Source: Eledone cirrhosa (Eukaryota). Taken from it: a stretch of DNA of 64,000 bases. Each line of letters starts with the position of its first letter. Positions within the stretch are counted from its first letter, which is position 1. The position numbers and the translations under genes are program-made. Location of the stretch: the NCBI GenBank assembly GCA_964016885.1, contig OZ024740.1:208382001-208446000 (forward strand), given 5' to 3'. Positions 12,323 through 29,512 of the stretch are shown here, one piece after another. The notes below the pieces were generated by a model. That model was not told the origin of the DNA and searched no databases. It worked only from the letters and a program-made list of their open reading frames with translations.

Positions 12323-13496
12323 TGCACCCTCTATGCGGAGGGCTGGGCATGCCGTGGCTAATGATGCGCAGACATACGTTGAGGCTGCGACATCTCCAGA
12401 TATTCTGCCTCAACGGTGAACAGGTGTGGTCGCCGTTTATCAGACGGGCCTTTCCACAGCTCATTTCTTTGACTGAGCTGCAGTCCTGGGTCAAGAAGAG
12501 ACCGAGACTGGGTGACTGGCACCTGGAATGTTGCCAGGCACTCACTGCCCTCTACCAAGCGAGCAATGCGGTCAGTGGAACTTCCACTCTCGAGTTCTCT
12601 AGAGGATTAATGGTGGGAAAGTGCGATGACGCACTCGGAGAAGCTTTGGGCCTCGACGAAGTCGAACTGACCAGTCTGTACCGGAGGACTTTTGAGCCGG
12701 GGACGATGGACAATTTCCAGAAATCCCTCGCTTGGCAGTGCTACCGGGGGCACTGCCGGTTCGGGATAAGCTTTACAGGCACGGAAGTGCTGTCAGACGG
12801 ACCTGCCCAAGATGCGCACAGAACGACGAAACCGTTCTGCACGCACTTGTCCAATGTCCGTGCATTACTGACTTGTGGAGTTATGTCGAACAGCTACTGT
12901 CGCGTGTGGAACGAATCCGGCTATCGGCCGAGTCCATAGTGAAGATCGATCCACCGCCTTCCTTAGGTCAGGAAGAGCAGGAAATTTTCCTCTGTCTGGT
13001 GGCAGTTGCGAAAGAGATTATATGGTGGACCAGGTTGAAAGGACTAAAGACAGACACTTTTCTCTTCGGCCAATCCCTCATCAACTTCTTCAAGTTCCAC
13101 CTAGAAAGGAAGGTGAGGGTGGAGAGAGAAGTGCTGCTCCCCAGTACATTTGCTAAAAGGTGAGTGAATGTGGCGAGAATGGCTCGTATGAATGGGCTTA
13201 CTCTGACCATGCGCTTATAGGCTAGCTAACTTGAGGAGAGGGGTGCTCTCCCTGGGTGCCCGAGAAGCACAGGGTGGTTCAGGATTGGTGGGGTACCCGA
13301 GTCACCCCAGGGTCGTCCACTCCCTATCGGGGAATTTATTTTGTTATATTTATGCATAGTTTATTTTATATTTTTATATTTTCATTGTTAAATTAGTTTT
13401 GCCATTGTGCACTTTTACTCGACCTTATTGTAAACCCCACTGTCCCTGTCTTTGTATTGTCCCCTACATGTCGGCCCTTGTGGCTAATAAATGAGA

Positions 13497-13499
<3 letters not shown>
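12323..13499 (+). mobile_element. Tx1/L1-clade LINE 3' fragment (zf-RVT region, frameshifted) inserted in (ATT)n
   Basis: GALPVRDKLYRHG...CPRC...ETVLHALVQC...W zinc finger; 3' end gtggctaataaatgagatc followed by (att)n. Confidence 0.8.
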
Positions 13500-13528
<29 letters not shown>

Positions 13529-13540
13529 GTTGTTGTTATT

Positions 13541-14478
13541 CCTTGAATCTCAGTCATTGATGTTGGTTAACTGGAAAGTCCGTTGGATTGAATATCAAGC
13601 CACTACCTGCAGCCTCGGATATTCAGGACGTATCGGAGGGTTCTTGCTGTTCCAAGCAAGCATGCCTTTTGAAGCGTTCCAAAAAGCGTGAAGGGGCCGA
13701 TTTTCTTTAACCATCCCTGGAAACTTTTGGAGATAGTCCCCAGTGCGCCTATGACAATCGGGATCACTTTGACTTCATGGCAGTTCCAAATCCTTTTCAC
13801 CTCCCACTTTAGGTCCTGGTATCGGTTAATTTTCTCCCTCTCCTTCTCTTGCACTCTCGTGTCGAACGGGCAGGCCACATCCACAATCAGACACGATCTT
13901 TTTTCTTTGTCCACAACCACCAGGTCAGGTCTATTGTGTTCCAGTTTTTTGTCCGTCTGTATCCTAAAATCCCACAGCACCTTCACCTGATTGTTCTCCA
14001 TCACCGCCTCTGGCCTATGCTCATACCATTTCTCAGAATGTGGTAAATTGTTTACTTTGCACAGGTGCCAGTGGATCACCCTGCCCATCACATCGTGTCT
14101 CCAGCCCTTATAGTGGGTCTGGGCTAGGTGTTTACACTCGGACACAATGTGAGCCACAGTCTCCTCTCTCTCTCCACAGATCCTGCACAGTGGGCTAGTC
14201 TCCTCCTTGTAAATATGGTGCTTCAACCACTTCGTTTTGAGGGCCTGCTCCTGCGCAGCCATTAGCATTCCTTCTGTAGCCTTTTTGAGGTCTCCTCTTC
14301 TCAACCAGTTCCATGTCTGTGGATCTCTAAATTCAGTTTTCTCAAAGAAGGTACTATGAAGGGATTTTCCCTTAAGGCTGCTCTTCCTCCTTGATGTTAT
14401 TTCCTCCTTGGACATCCCCTGGCCTACTGTCCCCTCCTTCAGTACAGTTCTGAGCATTGGCTCCTTACTATAGGTCAC

Positions 14479-14480
<2 letters not shown>
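13541..14480 (-). mobile_element. R4/Dong family A 3' fragment
   Basis: ORF 13603-14478 is nearly identical to the C-terminus of 17412-20660 (CCHC, RHD, PD..D). Confidence 0.93.
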
Positions 14481-14512
<32 letters not shown>

Positions 14513-14526
14513 CATTATTATTATTA

Positions 14527-14740
14527 GGGCAGTGGATTGGCAGTATCGGTAGAGAATCGGACACTTGCTTTGCAGCAAAGAGTTACGGCCCTTTATGATC
14601 TGAGTTCGAATCCCTCCGAGGTTAACTTTGCCTTTCATCCTTACGGGGTCGATAAATAAAGTACCAGTCATGCACTGGGGTCGATTTAATCGACTTTCCC
14701 CTCCCCCAAAATTGCTGGCATTGTGCCTATATAAGAAACC
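14527..14740 (+). mobile_element. tRNA-derived SINE inserted in (ATT)n
   Basis: A box TGGCAGTATCGG, B box GAGTTCGAATCCC, body gcctttcatccttacggggtcgata. Confidence 0.9.
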
Positions 14741-14764
14741 ATTATTATTATTATTATTACTATT

Positions 14765-16949
14765 CTTTGAGTCTCAGTCATTGATGTTAGTTAACTGGAA
14801 AGTTTGTTGAAATGAATGTCAAGCCACTACCTGCAGCCTCAGATATTCAGGACGTATCGGAGGGTTCTTGCTGTTCCCAGCAAGCATGCCTTTTGAAGCG
14901 TTCCAAAAAGCGTGAAGGGGCCAATTTTCTTTAACCATCCCGGAAACTTTTTGAGATAGTCCCTAGTGCGCCTATGACAATCGGGATCACTTTGACTTAA
15001 TGGCAGTTCCAAATCCTTTTTACCTCCCACTTTAAGTCCTGGTATCGGTTAATTTTCTCCCTCTCCTTCTCTTGCACTCTCGTGTCGAATGGGCAGGCCA
15101 CATCCACAATCAGGCACGATCTTTTTTCTTTGTCCAAAACCACCAGGTCAGGTCTATTGTGTTCCAGTTTCTTGTCCGTCTGTATCCTAAAATCCCACAG
15201 CAACTTCACCTGATCGTTTTCTATCACCGCCTCTGGCTTATGCTCATACCACTTCTCAGAATGTGGTAAATTGTTTACTTTGCATAGGTGCCAGTGGATC
15301 ACCCTGCCCATCACATCATGTCTCCAGCCCTTATAGTGAGTCTGGGCTAGGTGTTTACACTCGGATACAATGTGCAGCCACAGACTCCTCTCTCCACAGA
15401 TCCTGCACAGTGGGCTAGCCTCCTCCTTGTAAATGTGGTGTTTCAACCACTTCGTTTTGAGGCCTGCTCCTGCGCAGCCATTAACATTCCTTCTGTAGCC
15501 TTTTTAAGGTCTCCTCTTTTCAACCAGTTCCATGTCTGTGGATCTCTAAATTCAGTTTTCTCAAAGAAGGTACTATGAAGAGATTTTTCCTGAAGGCTGC
15601 TCTTTCTCCTTGATGTTATTTCCTCCTTGGACATCCCCTGGCCTATTGTCCCCTCCTTCAGTACAGTTCTGAGCATTGGCTCCTTACTATAGGTCACGTA
15701 TTTGTGTAGGTTGTTTTTCTCCATCTGAACACAGTCCTCTATGCTGATAAGACCTCTTCCACCTTCAGATCTCCTTAAGTAGAGTCTATCGACATCACTC
15801 CTCTTGTGGAACTTATTTTAGATAGTCAATAGCTTCCTAGTCTTCCTATCCATTTCTTTTTCTTCAGCAACATTCCATCTCAGAATTCCCGCACTGTACC
15901 TAATAATAGACACAGCTCGGGAATTTACTGCACTTATGGCATTCCTACTGTTCAGATGTGACTTTAATACGCTCCTTACTCTCCGAAGGTATTCAGTTCT
16001 TATCAATTCCTTCATTTTTTTGTTATTGATGTCATCAGCCTCCAGAACGCCCAAATACTTGTATCCTTCCTCAGAGCCAATTTCCTTTATCATCTCACCT
16101 GTTGGTATCTGGATTCCGTTACCTCTGCTCAACTTACCCCTCCTCATCACAATGACTCCACACTTACTAATACCAAATAGCATACCTATATCATTGCTGA
16201 AAATACGGACAGTGTCAACAAGCACATCCAACTCCTTCTCACTCTTACCGAAGAGCTTAAGATCGTCCATGAAGAGGAGGTGATTGATGGTAAGCCCTCC
16301 CTTTCCCAACCTGTATCCTGCTCTCACTTTTCGCAGTACACTGGTCAGGGGCATCATGGCAAGGACAAACAACAGAGGGGACAGACTATCTCCCTGGAAG
16401 ATACCTCTCTTGATCTTCACGCTTCCCAAGGATTCTCCAGTTGATGTTAACTCTGTTTCCCAGGACTTCATACTTTTGCCCAACAACTGTCTGATGTTAT
16501 CTGCCACCTTGAAGACGTCCAGGCTTTTGGTGATCCAAGAATGAGGCACCATGTCAAATGCCTTTTTGTAGTCTATCCATCCCATGGCAAGACCAGTGTG
16601 TCTCCTCTTGCAATTATTCATTACCATCTTATCAATAAGTAACTGGTCCTTTGTACCACGTGACTTCTTTCGGCATCCTTTCTGTTCGTCCGGTAACAAG
16701 TTGTTTGTGTGGAGGTGATGGTAGATTTCCTCAGACATAATGCTTGTCAACAGTTTCCACATTACGGACAGACATGTGATAGGTCTATAGTTGGTAACAT
16801 CATTACCCTTGATTCGGTCTTTCATTATCAGAACTGTGGTACCTTTTGTCAACCACTCTGGTACCTCACCTGACATCAAGCAGTCATTGAACATGGTTGT
16901 CAGTTTCGGGTGGAGGGATGTTATGTTTTTAATCCAATACCCTTGAACA

Positions 16950-16950
<1 letters not shown>
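14765..16950 (-). mobile_element. R4/Dong family A, 5'-truncated and frameshifted copy (RT + REL)
   Basis: ORFs 15818-16894, 15443-15724, 14997-15446 and 14839-15030 tile the same protein with frameshifts. Confidence 0.93.
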
Positions 16951-16980
<30 letters not shown>

Positions 16981-16981
<1 letters not shown>

Positions 16982-17190
16982 CAGTTGCATTTATCTTGCT
17001 TTATGTTCATACGAGTTATCACCAAGTCACAACCAGTGACCTCAGGAGACAACAAGGTCCGCCATGTTCAAGAAAGAACATACATACTCACACATGCATC
17101 TTTAGTGTTTAGACTTGTGATGTACTTATATTGACAGAATCTTCCTTAGTATATGGGCAGTTCCCATTAGTACTATCTTTTGTATTTCTC
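16981..17190 (-). mobile_element. R4/Dong family B 3'-end fragment
   Basis: Reverse complement of ~24272-24481; flanked by (TAA)n. Confidence 0.9.
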
Positions 17191-17278
17191 TTATTATTAT
17201 TATTATAGGGCTATCCACCATATTCTTTCAACAAAGTCTTCGGGTTTTTACATGTGTGATTCACCTAATAGAATAGAG

Positions 17279-20734
<3,456 letters not shown>

Positions 20735-20746
20735 AATAACAATAAC

Positions 20747-20780
<34 letters not shown>

Positions 20781-20781
<1 letters not shown>

Positions 20782-23700
20782 GCTAATGGTTCAAACCTTC
20801 CCATGACTTCGGAGCTGGAGACCTCCCATAACCGGAATACTCCTACTGTTGGCCCTCCATGCTCACCACCAAGAAATCCAAAGAAAAAGAGAGAAAAATG
20901 GTCAAGGGAAGATAATAAAGAAGTCCTTGAGGCTTTCTACACTGCCATGTACTACCCATCAAATACATCGAATACAGAACAGACATATATCAACTGGAAA
21001 AAGAAACATCCTGAAAACAGAGGCTATATTGACAGTAACAAACTAGCCAATATACGAAGAAATATTGTAAGAAAAAAGTTACTAACTGATATAGAAATTG
21101 ATCAGATCAAGCTATTAGCACAAAGTCAGCGAAGGGAAAATGAAACATGTGTCAGTGAAAACGAGGTAAACTGTAACACTTCGAATCCCAGGGTTGGGGC
21201 GGAATCACTGGCAACAGAACAAATTAAAGAAAGGATCGAAAAAGTGGAGGGAGTGCATGCTCAGGATGAAACTCCAAATGAAAATAATGAGATCGTAAAT
21301 GATAAAGAAATGAATGAGAATAAACTTGCCAACTTGAAGGATGAAATTATGATCGAATGGATGAAAATGAAAGAATCTGACATGGGGCAACGAGACACCC
21401 TCCCTAAGATCCAGAACTCCAAACAGAACCAAAAGATAATACACAAGTCTAATATAATTCTCAAAAACATTATCATCACAAACAAACTAAACATTACTGA
21501 TTTAAATCATCTCTATTATGCATCGGCTAAAGTCACCACTCACTTATGTGGAGTGAAGATGAAAAAACAAAGGAATTCCCACAAGAAATCTACTTGGCAA
21601 GAGAACATCAATCGCCAAATAAACCTTCTCCGATCTGACATAGAAATTTTAACAAACTATAAAGTAGGTGAACATGTTAAACAAACTAAACTTAGAAAAT
21701 TGAAAAAAAAGTACAGTATAAAATCAACATGTGACATAGACATGCTGATAGAAATAATCAAGCAAAAAGTGTCGGCCAAAGCTGCTCGTATAAGGCGCTT
21801 TGAAAAACGATCTAGATTCTATAAGGACAATAATATGTTCAAAAACAACCAAAGAAACTTCTACAGAAAAATTGGTAAGTCAACAATAACTGCTAAATCA
21901 ATACCACCCAAGGAGGAAGTGCAAGAATTCTGGGAAAAGATCTGGGCCGAAGAAAAAGTTCATAACATACATGCCCCATGGATAGACAGACAAATGAAAG
22001 ATACAGCTCACCTTGAGGAACAAACATGGGAAAATATAACAGTTGAACAGTTGCGCTTGGCTCTAAGAAAAACCAGCAAATGGAAATCCCCAGGAAAAGA
22101 CAAAATACAAAACTTTTGGATAAATGCCTTCACAGAGTCTCATGAGCTGTTAGCCCAACTTTACAATGAAATAGTTAAGGAGCCAGAAAAGATACCTTCA
22201 TGGCTAGTTAACGGCATTGCATTCCTGCTTCCGAAGAATGATGAGACAAACAATCTCAAAAATTACAGACCGATAACTTGCTTGACCACAATGTATAAAA
22301 TTTTAACATCAGTCCTAACTGAATACACATATGACCACCTGATAACAAATGACCTATTTCCCATTGAGCAGAAAGGGTGTAAACGAGGCTCATATGGCTG
22401 TAAGGATCAGCTTCTGGTTAACAAAATGATACTGGAAGATTGTCATAATAGACACAAAAATCTATCGATTGCTTGGATAAATTATAAAAAAGCATTTGAT
22501 AGTTTGCCACACAGTTGGATTGGAAAATGTTTAGAGATTTTCAAAGTATCCCCCGTTGTCAGGAGGTTTTTGTCATTCAGTATGAAGACATGGAAAACGA
22601 CACTCCTTTTGAATAGTGAAACAAAATCACTGGAAGCTGGAGAAGTTAATATTAATTGTGGAATTTTTCAGGGTGACTCTTTATCACCGCTTTTATTCTG
22701 CATCGCACTTATACCATTAAGTAAAATGCTCAATGAAACAAAACATGGATATAAAGTCTATGACAAAACCATTAATCACCTGTTCTACATGGATGACCTG
22801 AAACTATTTGCAAAAAATGATGAACAATTGCAAGGGCTATTATCCACTGTGAAGCAGTTCAGTGATGACATTAAAATGGAGTTTGGATTAGATAAATGCG
22901 CCAAAGCAACGTTCACCAGAGGAAAGCTGCTGAAGAGTTCAGACATTAATCTTGATCGGGGGAACGTGATAAGAGAACTTGATCAAGAAAAAACTTACAA
23001 ATATCTAGGTGTTTGTGAAGGAGACGGAATCAAGCACTCGACAATGAGGGAAAGGATAAGGAAGGAATGTTACCGCAGAGTAAGAGCAATCTTAAGAACG
23101 GAATTGAATGCAAGGAATAGGATCGATGCCATAAACACGCTTGCCATACCAGTAGTAACCTACAGTTACAATGTCATCAACTGGTCAAGCACAGAGATCC
23201 GTAGGCTCGATACAAAAATTCGAAAATTCTTAACCATGCACAGAATGCATCACCCTAAGGCAGATATAGATAGAATATATCTCCCTAGGAAAGAAGGAGG
23301 ACGTGGGTTAATCCAGTTAGACATTGCGTTGAAAACTGCAACAATTGGATTATCTACATATCTAAGGGAATCACATGATTGGATGATCAAACTCGTTTTG
23401 AAACACGAAAGCATCAAAAGATCATATTCCATTACAAAAGATGCACAAAGATACAGTAATGGACTACAAATTTCAGAAGTCCCATTTACTGCTGAAATGG
23501 AAAACACAGAAAAAGCAAAGCAGGTAAAAGTAACTGCAAAGAAAGAACTGCTACAGAAACTGGCTAAGAAATGGCAAGAAAAGCTTCTGTATGGAAAATA
23601 CCCAGAGCGAGCTAACAATCCTGATGTTGACAAAACTTTAACCCATCAGTGGTTGGCATCCTCTGGACTGAAATCGGAGACTGAAGGACTGATTATATCG

Positions 23701-24481
23701 GCACAAGATCAGTGTCTGCCAACAAAAAATTACCAAGCCAACATAATAAAAAATGGGTGCAGCCCATTATGCCGTGTATGCAAAAAACAACCAGACACCA
23801 TTGACCATATAATTTCAATGTGCAGTCCTATAGCTCCAACCGAATACCTAAACAGGCGTGACAGAGCTGCACATTACATACATTGGATAATGTGTAAGCA
23901 TTTTGACCTGCCCCATCAAAAGAATTGGTGGGAGCATCAACCACCTCCCATACTTGAAAAAGATCACATCTCAATCTTGTGGAACTTTAGCATCCAAACA
24001 GACCGAAAAATAGATGCAAACAGACCTGATATAATATTGAAAGACTTTCAAAAGAAGGTATGCCTGCTAATTGATATGTCTGTTCCAATAGACAAGAATG
24101 TAACTATAAAAACATTTGAAAAATTGAGCAAGTATAAGGACCTGGAGATAGAAATTGGAAAAATGTGGAAATTGAGAACTAAAACAATACCAGTGGTTGT
24201 AGGCGCTCTGGGAATGATACCTAAGGGGTCTAATGATTACATATCGCAAATCCCAGGAAACCCGCGTATAGGAGAAATACAAAAGATAGTACTAATGGGA
24301 ACTGCCCATATACTAAGGAAGATTCTGTCAATATAAGTACATCACAAGTCTAAACACTAAAGATGCATGTGTGAATATGTATGTTCTTTTTTGAACATGG
24401 CGGACCTTGTTGTCTCTTGAGGTCACTGGTTGTGACTTGGTGATAACTCGTATGAACATAAAGCAAGATAAATGCAACTGT
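20781..24481 (+). mobile_element. R4/Dong-clade non-LTR retrotransposon family B
   Basis: Starts right after (AAT)n and ends in TAA repeats; 5' truncation point defined by the copy at 24546-25712. Confidence 0.93.
20803..24336 (+). CDS. Reverse transcriptase plus restriction-like endonuclease, family B (1177 aa)
   Basis: N-terminal KWSREDN Myb-like start, WKSPGKD, GIFQGDSLSP, HLFYMDDLKL, CRVC..DTIDHIISMC, RRD (RHD variant), RPDII..DMSVP. Confidence 0.93.
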   Translation: MTSELETSHNRNTPTVGPPCSPPRNPKKKREKWSREDNKEVLEAFYTAMYYPSNTSNTEQTYINWKKKHPENRGYIDSNKLANIRRNIVRKKLLTDIEIDQIKLLAQSQRRENETCVSENEVNCNTSNPRVGAESLATEQIKERIEKVEGVHAQDETPNENNEIVNDKEMNENKLANLKDEIMIEWMKMKESDMGQRDTLPKIQNSKQNQKIIHKSNIILKNIIITNKLNITDLNHLYYASAKVTTHLCGVKMKKQRNSHKKSTWQENINRQINLLRSDIEILTNYKVGEHVKQTKLRKLKKKYSIKSTCDIDMLIEIIKQKVSAKAARIRRFEKRSRFYKDNNMFKNNQRNFYRKIGKSTITAKSIPPKEEVQEFWEKIWAEEKVHNIHAPWIDRQMKDTAHLEEQTWENITVEQLRLALRKTSKWKSPGKDKIQNFWINAFTESHELLAQLYNEIVKEPEKIPSWLVNGIAFLLPKNDETNNLKNYRPITCLTTMYKILTSVLTEYTYDHLITNDLFPIEQKGCKRGSYGCKDQLLVNKMILEDCHNRHKNLSIAWINYKKAFDSLPHSWIGKCLEIFKVSPVVRRFLSFSMKTWKTTLLLNSETKSLEAGEVNINCGIFQGDSLSPLLFCIALIPLSKMLNETKHGYKVYDKTINHLFYMDDLKLFAKNDEQLQGLLSTVKQFSDDIKMEFGLDKCAKATFTRGKLLKSSDINLDRGNVIRELDQEKTYKYLGVCEGDGIKHSTMRERIRKECYRRVRAILRTELNARNRIDAINTLAIPVVTYSYNVINWSSTEIRRLDTKIRKFLTMHRMHHPKADIDRIYLPRKEGGRGLIQLDIALKTATIGLSTYLRESHDWMIKLVLKHESIKRSYSITKDAQRYSNGLQISEVPFTAEMENTEKAKQVKVTAKKELLQKLAKKWQEKLLYGKYPERANNPDVDKTLTHQWLASSGLKSETEGLIISAQDQCLPTKNYQANIIKNGCSPLCRVCKKQPDTIDHIISMCSPIAPTEYLNRRDRAAHYIHWIMCKHFDLPHQKNWWEHQPPPILEKDHISILWNFSIQTDRKIDANRPDIILKDFQKKVCLLIDMSVPIDKNVTIKTFEKLSKYKDLEIEIGKMWKLRTKTIPVVVGALGMIPKGSNDYISQIPGNPRIGEIQKIVLMGTAHILRKILSI

Positions 24482-24488
24482 AATAATA

Positions 24489-24545
<57 letters not shown>

Positions 24546-24546
<1 letters not shown>

Positions 24547-25712
24547 GTTTGTTTAACATGTTCACCTACTTTATAGTTTGTTAAAATTTCTATGTCAGAT
24601 CGGAGAAGGTTTATTTGGCGATTGATGTTCTCTTGCCAAGTAGATTTCTTGTGGGAATTCCTTTGTTTTTTCATCTTCACTCCACATAAGTGAGTGGTGA
24701 CTTTAGCCGATGCATAATAGAGATGATTTAAATCAGTAATGTTTAGTTTGTTTGTGATGATAATGTTTTTGAGAATTATGTTAGTCTTGTGTATTATCTT
24801 TTGGTTCTGTTTGGAGTTCTGGATCTTAGGGAGGGTGTCTCGTTGCTCCATGTCAGATTCTTTCATTTTCATCCATTCGATCATAATTTCATCCTTCAAG
24901 TTGGCAAGTTCATTCTCATTCATTTCTTTATCATTTACGATCTCATTATTTTCATTTGGAGTTTCATCCTGAGCATGCACTCCCTCCACTTTTTCGATCC
25001 TTTCTTTAATTTGTTCTGTTGCCAGTGATTCCGCCCCAACCCTGGGGTTCGAAGTGTTACAGTTTACCTCGTTTTCACTGACACATGTTTCATTTTCCCT
25101 TCGCTGACTTTGTGCTAATAGCTTGATCTGATCAATTTCTATATCAGTTAGTAACTTTTTTCTTACAATATTTCTTCGTATATTGGCTAGTTTGTTACTG
25201 TCAATATAGCCTCTGTTTTCGGGATGTTTCTTTTTCCAGTTGATATATGTCTGTTCTGTATTCGATGTATTTGATGGGTAGTACATGGCAGTGTAGAAAG
25301 CCTCAAGGACTTCTTTATTATCTTCCCTTGACCATTTTTCTCTCTTTTTTCTTTGGATTTCTTGGTGGTGAGCATGGAGGGCCAACAGTAGGAGTATTCC
25401 GGTTATGGGAGGTCTCCAGCTCCGAAGTGATGGGAAGGTTTGAACCATTAGCTGATTTTTCGACCCCAGTCTGGTTCCTCTCTGAGGGACGCGGCCCTTT
25501 TTTACCCGGGTGACGGCCGATCCGGTATGAGATTTTATCATTAGACATTTACTTTATTTTGTCGCGTTTTATCCTTATCCGCCAAGGGGTAATCATTTCG
25601 TGTTACCACTTCTAGAACGAGTGTCAACCAAGACTAGACGGGTCGTTCTCCCCTAGAGACACGGCTATTCCCCGCCGGCCGCCATCCCGGTATTTCTTGG
25701 TCACGGGGTTTT
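24546..25712 (-). mobile_element. R4/Dong family B 5' portion (5' UTR + N-terminus), 3'-truncated
   Basis: ~900 bp nearly identical to the reverse complement of 20781-21688, extended by MSNDKISY... and a GC-rich leader; one frameshift near 25345. Confidence 0.9.
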
Positions 25713-26700
25713 CTTTTTGTTGTTTTTTTAAATTGTTATTATCATGAGTGGTTCCTTAATGTGAGCATTGCGTGGCTTAAGAATGAAATTATTAATAATT
25801 GTCTCCACTCCAGGCACAAGGCCAGCAATCACCCAGTGCATTACAATAATATAATATACTTTTTGTTGTAGTTGGCTGTTATTGTTGTTGGCTATGTCGG
25901 TGGTGGTGCCGGGGCTTTTTATATTGTTGGTGAGGAAGGGGTGAGCCAGCAGTCCCATAGTTGTTGATGTTGACGTTTGGCCGGTGGCCAGGTCACTAAG
26001 TCAATCTATTTATATCTTTTGCTAGCCTCTCCCTTGTCTAGTGATACCGCCACCTTCCCCTTTCTCTCTCAAGTTAACAGGGGAATAGTGGTGGTAGCAT
26101 TGAAGGAGTGGTGGCGGCGACGATGGGATAGTGGTAGCAATGATGGATGGGGTGGGGTGGTGGCAGCGGTGGCGTTGTAGTTACTGATATGTAGTATCTA
26201 TGAGTTTGTGTTCGTTTGTTTAATATATATTTTTATTATATTTTGTGTTGACATATTCCCGTAAAATTGGAATTAAACATTTTTTTAAAATTTTTTTAAA
26301 ATTTGAGACAATAATAATAGTAATTATTATTATGATGCTGGTGAAATTGCCGTTATCTGGCTGTTATATTTAGTGTGATGAGGTAGGTGGTGTATCAAGT
26401 TTCTGGTGTTGGTGAAATTGCTGTTATTTGGCTGTTCTATATAGTGTAGACAGAGGGTGTTTTTTTCCCATTTATAACCATTTTCTTTTTTTTAATACAA
26501 AATATATAATACAAATTTGAATATTTGAGCGATACAACAATATAATATGGATCCAAAACTTTATGGGACCTGATTCGGTGGTTTATGCAACATTTGTACT
26601 AAGAATTGTTATTTCACAATTGATTTAAATATGTTAAAAATCAAAAACTTACGGGAGCGATTTCATGACCTTCTACCACCTCGTGCGTCTTCTTCCCTCC

Positions 26701-26785
<85 letters not shown>

Positions 26786-26978
26786 CTCTATTCTATTAGG
26801 TGAATCACACATGTAAAAACCCGAAGACTTTGTTGAAAGAATATGGTGGATAGCCCTGTTCACCTTCCAGAATACAACATTGTTTTCTTTCAAAATATGT
26901 TTCTATGCCCTCCATGACCAGTGGATTCTTTATAATGATTCCAATACCCTAACCACTTGGCTAGGCACTTTCACCTAC

Positions 26979-27124
26979 CTCTCCAGTACCGATCCACTAA
27001 ACGCTGCCTCCATAGTAAAGCTGTTAGCTATGTGCAATTGACGCCACATCACCACACGGCCAGTGGATTCTTTACATTTCCGGATCCGGAATTTACAGGA
27101 AGTGAATGAAAATTTATCTGGAGC
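26979..27124 (-). CDS. AGBL2: CCP exon [12 protein letters not shown]...TGRVVMW...[11 protein letters not shown] (catalytic Glu)
   Basis: tttcag| acceptor, |gtaggt donor, phase 0 to 2; not in the ORF track but clearly homologous. Confidence 0.95.
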
Positions 27125-27378
27125 CTGAAATTGAGAATTGACAGTCAGTTAGACAATGTAGTTGTTGATGGTGCTGATGATGATAACTATGATGATGATG
27201 ATGGTGGTGGTGGTGGTGGTGGTGGTGGCGGTGGTGGTGGTGGTGGTGGTGATTTTCGTAGCGGGGTGTTGTGGTGGTGCTGGTGGTGTTGGTGATGATG
27301 GCTGTGGTGGGTGTGAGAGTATGCAAGATGATGATGATAAATAGACAGACAAACTGACAGACAGACAGACAGACATAC

Positions 27379-28604
<1,226 letters not shown>

Positions 28605-28649
28605 GTGAGAGACGAAATAGGTTTCATTATAAATAAGAATGAAACTGAC

Positions 28650-28799
28650 CTGTAGAGCTGTGATCCATGGAAAGAGTCTGTCACTGAGGAAAGATTTGGC
28701 ACCAGCTATCCCAGAATCCCCATAGTCACAGGTATTGTTTCCGTACATAAATACGTTGTGTTTCCTGCTATGGCCGTGTAAATCACAATAAAGCATTAT
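28650..28799 (-). CDS. AGBL2: CCP exon IMLYCDLHGHSRKHNVFMYG...FPWITALQ
   Basis: gaccag| acceptor, cag|gtcagt donor, third zinc ligand in DLHGH. Confidence 0.96.
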
Positions 28800-28827
28800 C
28801 TGGTCGTAAGAAAGATAATAATACCAT

Positions 28828-28980
28828 TGGTTTCTGATTTAGGCACAAGGCCAGCAATTTTGGGGGAAAGGGAAAGGCGATTAAATCAACCCCAATGCAT
28901 TACTGGTACTTTATTTTATCGACCCCGTAAGGATGAAAGGCAAAGCTAACGTCGGCGGGATTTGAACTCAGAACGTAATG
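28828..28980 (-). mobile_element. tRNA-SINE, 5'-truncated
   Basis: Same family as 14527-14740. Confidence 0.85.
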
Positions 28981-29000
28981 ATAATAGACACTAGTAGTAC

Positions 29001-29079
<79 letters not shown>

Positions 29080-29288
29080 CGTGGTTATTGTTGCTGTTTT
29101 AAATTTAGCCACAAGAACAGCAAATTAGGGTGAGAGGGTATTAGATGAAATTTACAAATTTACTCTGGTATATTTTATCAACTCCCAGTCCGGCCCTAAA
29201 CGATTACACTTGTATAATTATAACCTAGAAATAAATCCTTAAAATATCATTCTTATCTTTGATCACTTCTATTCAACAGAAACTATGA

Positions 29289-29512
29289 GGGCGGTGGATT
29301 GGCAGTATCGGTAGAGGGTCGGACGCCATGCTTTGATGCATAGAGTTACGGCCCTTGTCATTCTAAGTTCAAATCCCGCCGAGGTTAACTTTTCCTTTCA
29401 TCCTTACGGGGTCGATAAAATAAAGTACCAGTAATACACGGGGTCGATAAAATAAAGTACCAGTAATGCACTGGGTAATTTGCTGGCCTTGTGCCAAAAG
29501 TAGAAACAATTA
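29289..29512 (+). mobile_element. tRNA-SINE with a 17-bp target site duplication
   Basis: A/B boxes; TSD tattcaacagaaactat at 29270-29286 and 29511-29527. Confidence 0.92.

Noticed and set aside
14527-14620. tRNA genes at SINE heads
   Set aside because: A/B boxes are present but there is no cloverleaf; they are followed by SINE body, tail and TSDs
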